From contig CAWGYA010000008.1 in the NCBI GenBank assembly GCA_963826715.1, positions 704,001-768,000 of the forward strand: a DNA stretch of 64,000 bases, given 5' to 3'. The DNA comes from Candidatus Bathyarchaeota archaeon. Its GTDB lineage: Archaea; Thermoproteota; Bathyarchaeia; Bathyarchaeales; Bathycorpusculaceae. The position numbers were made by a program, and so were the translations under genes. The notes beneath the pieces are model-generated. The model made no database searches. It saw nothing but the letters and a program-made list of their open reading frames with translations, and had not been told where the DNA came from. This document shows, one piece after another, positions 1 through 10,626 of the stretch (position 1 is the first letter of the stretch; each line of letters opens with the position of its first letter).

Positions 1-2
1 CG

Positions 3-107
3 CGTAGATGCACAACAACTTCACATGGTGCTCCTCCAGGACAAAAAGTCGGTTTAATTGCAGCCCGAGGTCCAGGTCAGAAGAAGAAACGTGCAATTCG
101 AGGATAA
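3..107 (+). CDS. rpl2: 50S ribosomal protein uL2, C-terminal fragment (runs off window start)
   Basis: Frame from nt 3 reads RRCTTTSHGAPPGQKVGLIAARGPGQKKKRAIRG*, matching the uL2 'APPG(R/Q)KVGLIAAR' motif; directly upstream of rps19. Confidence 0.9.
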   Translation, partial: RRCTTTSHGAPPGQKVGLIAARGPGQKKKRAIRG

Positions 108-147
108 AACTTTAAAGGTAAAAAAAATAGTTAGGTGTAGATGAAAA

Positions 148-552
148 ATGCCCAAAGAATTTAGCTATCGTGGACACAGCATAGAAACTCTCTCAGCTAT
201 GTCTATGGATGAATTCATAAATCTGCTTCCGTCACGTCAACGTAGGAGTTTGCAGCGCGGATTAACTGCTGAGCAACGTACACTGCTTGAGAAATTACGC
301 ACAGCCAAAGAATCACAAAGGCAAAGCAAAGAAGGCGGAATCAAAACACACGTGCGCGACCTTATTATTCTACCCGAAATGGTGGGCGTGAAGATTGGAG
401 TGCACAACGGCAAAGACTTCGTTGCCATGGAAATTCGGCCTGAAATGATAGGTCACTACCTCGGCGAATTCGCAATAACCAACAAACCAGTTCGCCATGG
501 GACTCCAGGTATCGGTGCTTCACGGTCATCAATGTATGTGCCTTTAAAATAA
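148..552 (+). CDS. rps19: 30S ribosomal protein uS19
   Basis: [49 protein letters not shown]; follows rpl2. Confidence 0.97.
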   Translation: MPKEFSYRGHSIETLSAMSMDEFINLLPSRQRRSLQRGLTAEQRTLLEKLRTAKESQRQSKEGGIKTHVRDLIILPEMVGVKIGVHNGKDFVAMEIRPEMIGHYLGEFAITNKPVRHGTPGIGASRSSMYVPLK

Positions 553-600
553 GCCTTTACTTTCCTTTTCTTATTTGTCTTGATTATTTTTTGTTCCTTA
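553..600 (+). terminator. oligo-T/pyrimidine-rich archaeal terminator after rps19
   Basis: ctttactttccttttttcttatttgtcttgattattttttg immediately after the stop; next gene is convergent. Confidence 0.5.
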
Positions 601-735
601 AAAACTATTGATTTTTTGTAGGTCCATTCTAACAAACATTTGGAAGCGTTTGCCTAAAAATGAACGGAGTTTTGATGCTCGACAATCCGCTTCCTACTGG
701 GATGTCGAAAATGTCCTCTCCTGTGAAAATTGCTT

Positions 736-1230
736 CTATTGCTTGTCGTATTTTTCGAATTCATCTTTCATGATGGTTAATTCTATTCCAGCCTGCTTAA
801 ACATTTCAATTGTGTCGGCATCGGCGTGGTAGCGTTTCGCACAAACTACTCTTTTTATGCCTGCATTAATAATCATCATCGCACAGGTACGGCAAGGTGT
901 CATCTTGCAGAAGAGTGTTGAACCCTCTAATGGAATGCCAAACCTGGCAGCTTGGATAATGGCGTTTTGTTCTGCGTGAAGTGTACGGACGCAGTGCTGG
1001 GTCAATTCACCGTTACTATTGAAAACCTTACGCATATCATGCCCTGCTTCGTCGCAATGAGAGAGTCCTGCAGGTGCACCAACGTAGCCTGTAGTCATGA
1101 TCCGTTTGTCTTTAACGATAACACATCCACTTCTACCTCGGTCACATGTAGCCCTTCTTGCAACGGCTTCACAGAGGTCAAGAAAATACCTGTCCCAGTT
1201 AGGACGATAATTATTGCTGTTAGCTTCCAT
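736..1230 (-). CDS. dCMP deaminase (ComEB family, Zn-dependent)
   Basis: RPNWDRYF, RATC, TGYVGAP, HAEQNAI and PCxxC motifs. Confidence 0.9.
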   Translation of the reverse strand: MEANSNNYRPNWDRYFLDLCEAVARRATCDRGRSGCVIVKDKRIMTTGYVGAPAGLSHCDEAGHDMRKVFNSNGELTQHCVRTLHAEQNAIIQAARFGIPLEGSTLFCKMTPCRTCAMMIINAGIKRVVCAKRYHADADTIEMFKQAGIELTIMKDEFEKYDKQ

Positions 1231-1299
1231 AGAGATCCCTCAATATTTAAGAAACAAAAACCAAACAAATTAATAAATTGTATCTGCGCCTCTCCAAAG

Positions 1300-2592
1300 T
1301 TATTTTTGGAGAATGTGGATTTCTCTTCCAATTTTGTGGCGTTCATCAATTTCAATAAGCGAGGCAGAATTCAATAGTCGCCCAATATCCAATTCCTCAT
1401 TAAACATGTCTTTGGAGAATATAAAGACCCGTTTAAATCCAGATTGCTCTAACTGCTCGTCAATACGCATAGTTACTGCCTCTCCTGATCTAGCGACAAT
1501 GTAGGGTGTAACAAGCACCAGTCGCCCATTACGCCTCAGCGCTAAGTAGGCTTGCTCTATAAACTCGTGGAATAGAGGCTCAAGCTTCTCGATAATTTTT
1601 TCTGCATAGTTTATCGTTGGGAAATCTTTGAGCGCTGGACCTAAATCAGGCTCAGAGACAATACAGTCCATGCTATCTACGCCGACCTTCTGGGTCAGTT
1701 TACCCACATCGCTTTGTAAAACCCTGAAATCAGCGCCTGCTAACCCATACTCTCGGATTAGCCACTCCAAATTTTCCTCTGCAGCCTCAACGCACCAGGT
1801 GTTAATATCTAACCCTACAACTGATGCCCTCTCCAGAAGTGCCTCCTGTAGGATGGTGCCGACGCCGCAGAATGGGTCTAGCAAGACTTTGTCTTTTTTG
1901 CATGCGGAAAGATTAACCATCATCCGTGCGAGTCGCGGCGGCATCCCGAATATTTTTCGTTGATTGGGTTTGTAAATGTCTCTTTTCTGGAACTCAAAAG
2001 GATCATGAACCCCTACTGTAATACCAACCCATGTGGTTTTTTTACCAATGCAAAAAAGTATCTCCGCTTGATTCTCTACCAGTTGTTTTTTGATCACTTC
2101 TACATGGCTAAGTTGAACTTTACGATCCTGAGAGTAACCCATAAAATTTGCTTTTTTACCCAGCTCTGCCATTTTGTCTTTGACAGTACTTCCGATGAAC
2201 CTCTGGATTCGCCCAGCAAAAGGATGGAAGGAATTATCGGTGAAGTAGATGCTGACACCGAAAAGGATTTTCTTTTCCGTTTGCATCATGCCATTTAGTA
2301 AATCGCTGCATGTGAGGGTTTGAGCTATTTGTTTCAGAGCTGCCTTGTTTTTTTGAAGGAAGGCTTCTTTAACTGTTTCTGTGGATAGGGTATTTTTTGG
2401 CTCGCCAATTTTTATTGTTCCTCCTAAATCGTCAATGCTTTGGGTGTTGAAGTCTCGTGGAAGGATTATAGCAAAGAATTCTCGGGAGAAGTATTCGATT
2501 TTGAAGTTGATGTTTCTGCCGCTAAAGTAAGTAACTAATTCTGCTAGCGAGAGGACCCAATTTTTGCCCGAAACAAACAACATTGTAGACAT
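1300..2592 (-). CDS. tRNA m2G10 methyltransferase-like (Trm11/TrmG10-type) SAM-dependent methyltransferase
   Basis: PPRLARMMVNL..LDPFCGVGTILQEA motif I and 'SEPDLG' motif IV; N-terminal THUMP-like region. Confidence 0.7.
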   Translation of the reverse strand: MSTMLFVSGKNWVLSLAELVTYFSGRNINFKIEYFSREFFAIILPRDFNTQSIDDLGGTIKIGEPKNTLSTETVKEAFLQKNKAALKQIAQTLTCSDLLNGMMQTEKKILFGVSIYFTDNSFHPFAGRIQRFIGSTVKDKMAELGKKANFMGYSQDRKVQLSHVEVIKKQLVENQAEILFCIGKKTTWVGITVGVHDPFEFQKRDIYKPNQRKIFGMPPRLARMMVNLSACKKDKVLLDPFCGVGTILQEALLERASVVGLDINTWCVEAAEENLEWLIREYGLAGADFRVLQSDVGKLTQKVGVDSMDCIVSEPDLGPALKDFPTINYAEKIIEKLEPLFHEFIEQAYLALRRNGRLVLVTPYIVARSGEAVTMRIDEQLEQSGFKRVFIFSKDMFNEELDIGRLLNSASLIEIDERHKIGREIHILQK

Positions 2593-2764
2593 TTGGGGAA
2601 TGAAAAGTGAACTACCTATATATAAGTAGATGAATGAAGTCAGATTGATTAAGAATTTGTTTCAAAAATAGTTAGAACCCTAAAAAGCACGTGAGCATCA
2701 CCGAATTTTTACAAATCGTTTAAATACCGCTGAAGATGAAGGTATGCTACGAAAGTGACGTCGC

Positions 2765-3307
2765 ATGCACGCAAGAAATTACAGACACGTGAAAAACCGG
2801 GCTTACACAAGAAAAGAGTACGCTCGAGGTTTCCCACCACCAAAAATTGTCAAGTTCACAATGGGAGATACTAAAACTCAATTCGATATAGAAGCACAAC
2901 TTATCGCAACTCAGAGAGTGCAAATACGCCACTGCTCGCTGGAAGCAGCACGTGTCGCTACCAACCGTGTCTTGATTGAAAAACTAGTTAACGATTACCT
3001 GATGGTTGTTCATCCATACCCACACATAATTCTTAGGGAAAACAAAATGATTTTCGGCGCTCATGCTGACCGGCTTCAACAAGGTATGAGGCGATCCTTC
3101 GGAACAGCTGTTGGCACAGCAGCCAAAGTTGAAGTGGGGCAGCCAATAATAACTGTTCGCGTAAAAGCGGGTCAAGCTGAAGTAGCCAAAGAATCCCTAA
3201 AGCGAGGCAGCGCAAAACTTCCAATATCCTGCAAGATTGTTATCTCCAAGATTCAAGCTTCTCCAACCCCAGTTGAGAATGCCGCGCCGGAGACGGAGAC
3301 TGCTTGA
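2765..3307 (+). CDS. rpl10e: 50S ribosomal protein uL16 (L10e)
   Basis: QIRHCSLEAARV, HPYPHIILRENK, ADRLQQGMRRSFG. Confidence 0.97.
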   Translation: MHARNYRHVKNRAYTRKEYARGFPPPKIVKFTMGDTKTQFDIEAQLIATQRVQIRHCSLEAARVATNRVLIEKLVNDYLMVVHPYPHIILRENKMIFGAHADRLQQGMRRSFGTAVGTAAKVEVGQPIITVRVKAGQAEVAKESLKRGSAKLPISCKIVISKIQASPTPVENAAPETETA

Positions 3308-5730
3308 ACGCCAAAGACAAAGAGCTTGTTTTATGGTTTGACAATTTAAGAAACACTGACGTATCTATTGTTGGGGGCAAGAATGCCAGCCTCGGCGAAT
3401 TGATTCATGCCGCCCTCCCTGTTCCTTTTGGTTTTGCAGTAACAGCCTATTCTTACGAACGCTTCATTGTCGAGAAAAAAATTGCAGAGCAAATCTACAA
3501 AATTATCACAGAAACCGTAACAGACCTCAATGACCCAAAACAATACGATGTTGCATCCAAAAAAATCCGTGAACTCATCGAAAAAACCTCTATGCCAAAA
3601 GACATCGAGGCAGCCATAAGAAAGGCATATTTCGAACTAAACAAGCGTTTTGGGTTGAAAGACACCTTTGTGGCCGTGCGCTCAAGCGCAACGGCGGAGG
3701 ACCTGCCAGACGCATCCTTTGCGGGTCAGCAGGAAACTTATCTCAATGTTAAAGGCTCAGATGACTTAATCGAGAAAGTTGTCAAGTGTTGGAGCAGCCT
3801 TTTCACACCAAGAGCTATCTTTTATCGTAACGAAAAGGGCTTCCCCCATGAAAAAGTTTTCATCAGCGTTGGCGTGCAAAAGATGGTTAACAGTCGCGCA
3901 GCAGGTGTCATGTTTACAATTAATCCCGTTACGGGTAACCACGACGAAATCGTAATCGAAGGTAACTTCGGTTTAGGAGAAACCGTAGTTTCTGGGGCCG
4001 TGAACCCCGACGATTTCGTGGTGGATAAGGGTTCCATGAAAATTAAGTCGCGCCGCATTGCACGCAAAACTGTCAAGTATGTTCGTGACCTTAAAACCGG
4101 CAAAACAATCCACCTCGACATCCCCGAGGCAGAGCAGAGGCAGGTCTGCATAAGCGATACTGAAATAATGTTTCTTTCAGGTCTAGCTAAACATATAGAA
4201 GCCCACTACAACAAACCGATGGACATTGAGTGGGCAATCGACCAGGATCTCCCTTACCCTGAAAATATGATGCTTGTTCAAGCGCGTCCCGAAACGGTTT
4301 TCGGTAATAAATCACAGGAGACACTGAACATGGAAGAAAACAAAGCTCAAGAATCCCTAAAAGTTGTTGTTCAAGGAATATCCGCGGGTCGTAGAGGCTA
4401 CGGAATAGGTATGGCCAAAGTCGTGCTTAACGCTGACGACGCCACCCGTGACATGGAAAAAGGCGACATTCTAGTTACAGATATGACCGACCCAGACTTT
4501 GTTCCCTTTATGAAGATGGCTTCTGCAATAGTCACTGACAAAGGGGGCATCACGAGTCATGCCGCTATTGTAAGCCGAGAACTTAACATACCCTGTGTAG
4601 TTGGCACCGAAACAGCCACACAAGTAATGAAGACAGGGCAAGAATACACTGTTGACTCCCGAAACGGCGTAATATACGCGGGTATTCTTTCCCAAGCCAC
4701 ACAGCAGCAATCCAACGGCGCCGGAGCCATTGTTACACAGACCGAAGCTGCACCGGTGACAGCCACAAAAATCTACATGAATCTTGGCACCCCAGAAATG
4801 ATTGAAAAATACAAGAACCTGCCCTTTGAAGGCATAGGTTTGATGCGTACAGAATTCATCTTAGCCAGTGCAATCGGCAAGCATCCCATGGCGTTTGTTG
4901 AGGAAGGCAAAAGCCAAGAATTCGTGGATAAACTCGCAGACGGTATATCAACTGTTGCACGTGCAATACAGCCTCGACCTGTGGTAGTTCGCCTCAGTGA
5001 CTTCAAAACCAACGAATATCGCGGCTTAAAAGGCGGCGAAAAATACGAAATAATCGAGGAAAATCCGATGTTAGGCTGGAGAGGCTGCAGCCGATACATT
5101 AGTAAATGGTATGAGAAAGCATTCCGATTGGAATGCCAAGCTATCAAGAAATGTCGTAACGAGTGGAGTCTCAAAAACATTTATGTAATGTTACCCATGG
5201 TCCGGACGCTCTGGGAAGCTAAGGAAGTGCTGCTTATCCTTAAGGAAGAGGGCTTGGAACGTAGCAAGGACTTTAAAATCTGGTTCATGGCGGAAACTCC
5301 CGCCATTGGAATCATGGCAGACGAATTCAGCAAACTCGTTGACGGTTTCAGCATAGGCTCAAATGACATGACGCAGGGTGTCTTAATGATTGACCGCGAT
5401 AGCGAACGCCTAGGTCAAATGGGATACTTTGATGAGCGTGACCCCGCTGTCAAACGTATTATCGCACATCTTATTCGTGCTGCCCACGAAAACGGTTGTA
5501 CAGTTAGCATCTGTGGTGAGGGGCCGTCAAATTTGCCAGATTTCGCTGAGTTCCTGGTACGTGTAGGCATCGACAGCATATCGGTTAACAACGACGCTGT
5601 ATTTGCAACTCGCAAACACATTGCTAGCGTTGAACAAAAAATAATTCTTGAACGCCTCGCAGAGCAAGCTGCTATCGCAGCAGGACGCCCCCTCAAGAAA
5701 CCCGTCCAGGATTGGGAATGGACTCCCTAA
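3304..5730 (+). CDS. ppsA: phosphoenolpyruvate synthase (pyruvate, water dikinase)
   Basis: VGGKNASLGE, VAVRSSATAEDLPDASFAGQQETYLN, GGITSHAAIVSRELN (phospho-His), EENPMLGWRG, SIGSNDMTQ, SICG. Confidence 0.97.
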   Translation: MNAKDKELVLWFDNLRNTDVSIVGGKNASLGELIHAALPVPFGFAVTAYSYERFIVEKKIAEQIYKIITETVTDLNDPKQYDVASKKIRELIEKTSMPKDIEAAIRKAYFELNKRFGLKDTFVAVRSSATAEDLPDASFAGQQETYLNVKGSDDLIEKVVKCWSSLFTPRAIFYRNEKGFPHEKVFISVGVQKMVNSRAAGVMFTINPVTGNHDEIVIEGNFGLGETVVSGAVNPDDFVVDKGSMKIKSRRIARKTVKYVRDLKTGKTIHLDIPEAEQRQVCISDTEIMFLSGLAKHIEAHYNKPMDIEWAIDQDLPYPENMMLVQARPETVFGNKSQETLNMEENKAQESLKVVVQGISAGRRGYGIGMAKVVLNADDATRDMEKGDILVTDMTDPDFVPFMKMASAIVTDKGGITSHAAIVSRELNIPCVVGTETATQVMKTGQEYTVDSRNGVIYAGILSQATQQQSNGAGAIVTQTEAAPVTATKIYMNLGTPEMIEKYKNLPFEGIGLMRTEFILASAIGKHPMAFVEEGKSQEFVDKLADGISTVARAIQPRPVVVRLSDFKTNEYRGLKGGEKYEIIEENPMLGWRGCSRYISKWYEKAFRLECQAIKKCRNEWSLKNIYVMLPMVRTLWEAKEVLLILKEEGLERSKDFKIWFMAETPAIGIMADEFSKLVDGFSIGSNDMTQGVLMIDRDSERLGQMGYFDERDPAVKRIIAHLIRAAHENGCTVSICGEGPSNLPDFAEFLVRVGIDSISVNNDAVFATRKHIASVEQKIILERLAEQAAIAAGRPLKKPVQDWEWTP

Positions 5731-5780
5731 GCCCCAACTTTTAATCTAACTTTTCTTTTTTGATCGTTAGTGAACACAAG

Positions 5781-6785
5781 ATGCTGGGTTTCAATTTTGA
5801 GTTGGAGCGCATAAAAAGGGAAATTGTAAGGCTAAACGCCAAACTGGTGCTCTTACAGATGCCACAGGGACTAAAACCACAGGCTACCCAAATCGCACAG
5901 GCGGTGGAGGCTGCAGACTCAGTCGCCGTAGTTTCATCTGATCCCTGCTACGGAGCCTGCGACCTTGTTCAAAACGAAGCTGAATCGTTGGGCGTAGATT
6001 TGATTGTGCATTTCGGGCATTCTAAAATGATAATGGTAGAAGGCAAAATCCCCACTTTCTACGCGGAAACACACGTATTCGTTTCAGTGGAGCCAGCAAT
6101 TCTTCGAGCTCTCCCGCTGCTGTCAAAGTATTCCCGAATCGGTTTAGCAACATCCGTGCAGCACGTTGACGCGTTGAAGCGGGCAACGGAGGTTCTTGCT
6201 GAAGCAGGTAAAACTGTTTTGGTTGGTCACGAAGGACAGTTGGCATATGCAGGGCAGGTAATAGGCTGCAATTACAGCAACGTTGCCGCTATAGCCGACA
6301 AGGTGGAGGCTTTCCTCTTCATCGGAGGCGGCTTATTCCATGCTCTCGGAATAGCATTGGGTACCTCAAAGCCCACTATCATAGCTGACCCCTATGACAA
6401 CACTGCTTACGCAATTACTGAGCAGGCGCAGCGGCTTCTAAGACAACGGTTCGCAGCCATCCAAGAAGCCAAAGTCGCAAAAACCTTCGGTGTACTCGTG
6501 GGGCTTAAGCCAGGACAGAAACACCTCAAAAGTGCTCTCAAAGTGAAGGTTCAAGCAGAGAAGATTGGGCGGAGGGCATTTCTTTTGGCTGGTAGAGAAA
6601 TCACGCCTGAAGCCCTAATGGAGTTTCCCGATATTGATGCCTATGTAAACACAGCTTGCCCACGGATATCCCTGGATGCACCAAATAAATTTCGAAAGCC
6701 AATCCTTACAATTAACGAGTTTATGGTTGTTTCAGGTGAGGTCTCATGGACAGATATGCTCAAAAAAGGCTTATTCGAAAACTAG
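5781..6785 (+). CDS. dph2: diphthamide biosynthesis protein Dph2
   Basis: LQMPQGLK, PCYGACD, HFGHS, GQVIGC, NTACPRI (three Fe-S Cys); ATG at 5781 preferred over TTG 5760. Confidence 0.93.
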   Translation: MLGFNFELERIKREIVRLNAKLVLLQMPQGLKPQATQIAQAVEAADSVAVVSSDPCYGACDLVQNEAESLGVDLIVHFGHSKMIMVEGKIPTFYAETHVFVSVEPAILRALPLLSKYSRIGLATSVQHVDALKRATEVLAEAGKTVLVGHEGQLAYAGQVIGCNYSNVAAIADKVEAFLFIGGGLFHALGIALGTSKPTIIADPYDNTAYAITEQAQRLLRQRFAAIQEAKVAKTFGVLVGLKPGQKHLKSALKVKVQAEKIGRRAFLLAGREITPEALMEFPDIDAYVNTACPRISLDAPNKFRKPILTINEFMVVSGEVSWTDMLKKGLFEN

Positions 6786-7447
6786 ACTTAGAACTGTTCC
6801 TTGGAAGTTTGGAGGCTCAGCCAAACCCACAGGCGCAGCTAGAGCAATACACCAGCTCAGAGCAAATCGCCGCTAACATGCTTTATCTTGTCGCTTATAG
6901 CTACGGGGACATCGAAGGGAAGACAATTTTGGATTTAGGCTGCGGTACGGGCAGGTTGGCATTGGGTGCAGCTTACTTGGGTGCAAAAGAGGTTGTGGGT
7001 ATTGACATCGATCATAAAGCGATTAAAACGGCAATAGAAAATGAAATGATGGTAAATTTAGCTAAGAAAGTACAGTGGATTCAAGGCGACATCAGCGCTG
7101 TTTCGGCTAATTTCGATGTGGTGCTACAGAATCCACCTTTTGGGGTTCAAACCCGTACAGCTGACCGCGCCTTTCTTATCAAAGCACTTGAAGTTGGCAA
7201 ACGGATTTACTCACTTCATAGTCATCCTGAAGTTGACCAGCATCTAATTAAACTGCTCAAGTCGAGACAGGGCATTGTATCGGTGCAGCCCAACGCTTTT
7301 CTGGAACGATTCATTGTCAAACACGGCGGCTCTGTGGAAGCAGTTTACGCGTTACTTATGACGATACCCAAGATCTTTGAGTTTCATAGCAAGCCAAAAC
7401 ATGACTTCGTCATTGACCTTTATGCAATTAAAAAACAGCCAAACTAA
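6746..7447 (+). CDS. METTL5-family RNA methyltransferase
   Basis: LEQYT, DLGCGTG, NPPFG, YSLH motifs; usual neighbour of dph2/csl4. Confidence 0.88.
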   Translation: MDRYAQKRLIRKLDLELFLGSLEAQPNPQAQLEQYTSSEQIAANMLYLVAYSYGDIEGKTILDLGCGTGRLALGAAYLGAKEVVGIDIDHKAIKTAIENEMMVNLAKKVQWIQGDISAVSANFDVVLQNPPFGVQTRTADRAFLIKALEVGKRIYSLHSHPEVDQHLIKLLKSRQGIVSVQPNAFLERFIVKHGGSVEAVYALLMTIPKIFEFHSKPKHDFVIDLYAIKKQPN

Positions 7448-7545
7448 TCCATTATCTTATCAAAAGGTTTATTGCGCAGATTGGAAACTAAGCTTATGCA
7501 CTTATTAAATTAAACTTATAATTTACCTACTGAAGATGAAATAAC

Positions 7546-8127
7546 ATGGCAATGAAAGCTCCTGAAGAAAAAAGTGGTCACTTAGTGTTGCCCGGCGAAC
7601 GGCTCGGCGTTATTGAAGAATTCATTCCTGACTCAGGAACATATGTTAAAGACGGCGTCATCTTCTCCAAAATAGTTGGGCGTTCTCTTGTTGATTTGCA
7701 GAACCGTCGCGTCAGTGTTTATCCCGTAGCTAACACAGCTGTTTATCCAAAGGTTGGGCTGGTGATTATAGGCCAAATTGGCAACGCCCAATCTGACAAT
7801 GTTTTAGTTAAAATCTTTAAAGTAGGAAAAAAGAAAATTAGTGGGAATTTCGGGGGGATCCTTCATGTCTCAGATGTATCAGACAGATATGTCGAAGCCA
7901 TGAGTGATGTATGTAAACCCGGCGACATCATCCGAGCTAAAGTCATCAGCGAAAAAAACCAAATTTTTCACTTATCAACCAACGACAAAAACCTGGGGAT
8001 AATAGATGCGTTCTGTTCTCGAGACGCCGCCCTGCTTATACAGGACAGGTATGACCTGAAATGCCCCAAATGCGGAAATATTGAAAGTCGCAAAATAGCT
8101 CCAGATTACGGTAAAGAACCACTTTAG
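7546..8127 (+). CDS. csl4: exosome RNA-binding protein Csl4
   Basis: VLPGERLG, S1 domain, KPGDIIRAKVIS, C-terminal Zn ribbon CPKCG..ESRK. Confidence 0.93.
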   Translation: MAMKAPEEKSGHLVLPGERLGVIEEFIPDSGTYVKDGVIFSKIVGRSLVDLQNRRVSVYPVANTAVYPKVGLVIIGQIGNAQSDNVLVKIFKVGKKKISGNFGGILHVSDVSDRYVEAMSDVCKPGDIIRAKVISEKNQIFHLSTNDKNLGIIDAFCSRDAALLIQDRYDLKCPKCGNIESRKIAPDYGKEPL

Positions 8128-8140
8128 AGAGGGAAAATAA

Positions 8141-8422
8141 ATGAAAGTTAATGTCCTAAAAAAATCTGAAAATGAACTTAAAATCGAAATCGAAGGATCC
8201 AGCCATGGACTATGTAACCTGCTTCAGAAGCGCCTCTTAGAAGACCCTCGTGTGGATTTCGCAGGCTATGATTTGCCACATCCTTTGGCATCCAGTCCAA
8301 TTATATACCTTCGCATGAAAGGCGACAACAAGCCGGTTGATGCACTGGTGGAAGCTGTGACTAAGATAAGGGAATCAAACGAAGCGTTTGGGAAAGAGCT
8401 TGAACGCGTCCTAATTGTCTAA
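8141..8422 (+). CDS. rpoL: RNA polymerase subunit Rpo11 (RpoL)
   Basis: EGSSHGLCNLL..VDFAGYDLPHPL; canonical csl4-rpoL-DUF99-tfs order. Confidence 0.92.
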   Translation: MKVNVLKKSENELKIEIEGSSHGLCNLLQKRLLEDPRVDFAGYDLPHPLASSPIIYLRMKGDNKPVDALVEAVTKIRESNEAFGKELERVLIV

Positions 8423-8477
8423 TTATGCTTTTTTAATTATTTTAATTAAAACTTCTATTCTCTACTGGTACCTCTCT

Positions 8478-9059
8478 TTGAGCAACTCTAAAACCTTCCG
8501 TATAATTAAACCTGAAATCCGAGTGATAGGGGTAGACGATGGCAAATTCACTTCCCATACAAAAGGCGATGTCCTGGTGGTGGGTGTGGTTTTCCGTGGC
8601 GGTTACTCAATAGAGGGCGTTATGCATACCAAAATTGGTATCGATAAATTGGACGCAACCGAAAAAATAACTGAAATGATTAATTCTTCGCTTCATCGAC
8701 CTCAATTACGATTGATTATGCTTAGCGGAGTTACTTTTGCAGGTTTCAATATTGTTGATATCAAAAAACTTCATTTTGACTCTGGGTTGCCTGTTATGAC
8801 AGTAACCCACAATCAGCCCAATTTAGACGCAATCTACGAAGCTCTCAAGCATCTACCACAGACAGAGGCTCGTTGGCGGATTATTCAGGCTACCGGTCAA
8901 ATATATTCAATCAAAAACAAAGGTGTCAAATTATATTTAGGACTGGCAGGTTTGTCGCTGGCGGATGCTCAAGTTATTCTTGAGTTGACCTCAACTAGGG
9001 GTAGTTACCCTGAACCCCTGCGCGTTGCCCATCTCATTGCATCAGGAATTACTCCCTAA
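8478..9059 (+). CDS. DUF99 family, endonuclease V-like (endonuclease dU)
   Basis: RVIGVDDG, DAT, GVTFAGFNIVD, PEPLRVAHLIA; TTG start at 8478 preferred. Confidence 0.88.
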   Translation: MSNSKTFRIIKPEIRVIGVDDGKFTSHTKGDVLVVGVVFRGGYSIEGVMHTKIGIDKLDATEKITEMINSSLHRPQLRLIMLSGVTFAGFNIVDIKKLHFDSGLPVMTVTHNQPNLDAIYEALKHLPQTEARWRIIQATGQIYSIKNKGVKLYLGLAGLSLADAQVILELTSTRGSYPEPLRVAHLIASGITP

Positions 9060-9113
9060 CAATCAAAATTAGAAAAAGTATAAAAGCGTCTGTGCTAAGG
9101 AGATCCCCCAAGT

Positions 9114-9476
9114 GTGAGTGATATGGAATTTTGCCCAAACTGCGGTTCCCGTCTTGAACCAAAGAAATCCAAGAGTGGGAAAGAAGCAACCCTTGTTCTT
9201 GCATGTGCTAAATGCGGCTACAAAAAACCTGAAGAGGGTGACAAAATCGAGCCTAAAGTCGCTAAGGTCATTCAACATAGCCCTCAGCAGTTTGTAGCTG
9301 TAATCGGCAAAGAAGAACAGAAACTTACCACCCTGCCAACTGTAAGAATTGAATGTCCCAGATGCGGAAACAACACAGCATACGTCTGGCAAGTTCAAAC
9401 TCGAGGCGCTGACGAGTCATCCACACAATTTCTAAGGTGCACAAAATGCAATTATACTTATAGAGAATACAGCTAA
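9114..9476 (+). CDS. tfs: transcription factor S (TFS)
   Basis: FCPNCG and CPRCG Zn ribbons; QTRGADE acidic hairpin. Confidence 0.95.
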   Translation: MSDMEFCPNCGSRLEPKKSKSGKEATLVLACAKCGYKKPEEGDKIEPKVAKVIQHSPQQFVAVIGKEEQKLTTLPTVRIECPRCGNNTAYVWQVQTRGADESSTQFLRCTKCNYTYREYS

Positions 9477-9570
9477 ACCTTGACTCCTTATTCTCTTTTT
9501 TAACTCCAGAGATCCAGAAGTGGTGCTTAGGCAAATCCTATTTTAAATTGCTTTTACATGAGTTAACGTT

Positions 9571-10626
9571 GTGTTCGGAGTGGAAAATAACTCTGCCCGA
9601 CTCCAATTATCGCTGCAGAAGGATTTTCTTATTAAACTTCTGCCCATGTTTGCGTTCATTGCGCCTTTGTTGTTGTTGTACTTGTTTAATCCACCCGATT
9701 CATTTCTACACGTTTCAGCGCGGCAGTCCTTTGAGCTTATGTGGAAAGGTAGAACTTTCCAAGTATTCTTCATTTGGCTTATCGCTTTAGAGTTTATTTT
9801 TAGCTGGGAAACAATCAAAAATAAAATTAGCCATCAAAATAGAGGGACCTCAGTAGCTTACGCGTCGGTTCTACTGCTTCCAACAGTTTATGTGTTATTA
9901 GAATATTACTTGGGTTTGAACGAAATCATTGCAGCTTGGTCTCAACAAAGTGGTGTTGTCTTCGCTTATTCGATGCCGCTTTCCATTGAGTACCTTGTCT
10001 TCTCAGCGCTTTTTTTCTCGATAATGTTTGGGACCTACGGTAAAAAGGGGCTTTCAAGATTCGCCCTGCCCGGGCTCTTTGTGGCTTTGGTCGGTGTTCT
10101 CTATACTATCGACAACTTTTTTCCTTATAGCAAGTTCACTCCTTTTCAGTTGTTGGTTCCCACAACCGCCGCTCTAGCCGAAGGGGTGTTTGGCTTGATG
10201 GGATTCATAGTTGTTCCTGGTATTGAGTTAAGTAGCGGGATGCCCACTTTATCGGTTTCAGGTTCAACTGGGTCGGCTTTATTTGCGATTGCTTGGCCCT
10301 GTGCAGGGATAGAAATCCTATTAATATTTACCGCAGTGACTCTGCTGTTCCTCAAACGAATAAACATAAGCAGTAAAGCCAAAGTGGTCTTCTTTGCCGC
10401 GGGTGTCACAATAACCTACCTAATTAATGTGCTGAGAATCGTTAACATATTCATTTTGGGTATGCAATATGGGGTAAGCTCTCATGAGGTTGACATGTTC
10501 CACTTCTTCTATGGCCCCCTTTATGCTATGGCATGGATAGTTACATACCCATTAATCGTCTTATTTTCTACTGTTGCATGGCAGAGAATTAGGAGACCTC
10601 AACCAAAACTGCTAGCCCCTGCTTAA
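9571..10626 (+). CDS. exosortase/archaeosortase-family membrane transpeptidase (thaumarchaeosortase-like)
   Basis: Multi-TM protein with catalytic triad motifs WPCAG, NVLRI and FH; N-terminal 'WKGR' motif. Confidence 0.8.
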   Translation: MFGVENNSARLQLSLQKDFLIKLLPMFAFIAPLLLLYLFNPPDSFLHVSARQSFELMWKGRTFQVFFIWLIALEFIFSWETIKNKISHQNRGTSVAYASVLLLPTVYVLLEYYLGLNEIIAAWSQQSGVVFAYSMPLSIEYLVFSALFFSIMFGTYGKKGLSRFALPGLFVALVGVLYTIDNFFPYSKFTPFQLLVPTTAALAEGVFGLMGFIVVPGIELSSGMPTLSVSGSTGSALFAIAWPCAGIEILLIFTAVTLLFLKRINISSKAKVVFFAAGVTITYLINVLRIVNIFILGMQYGVSSHEVDMFHFFYGPLYAMAWIVTYPLIVLFSTVAWQRIRRPQPKLLAPA

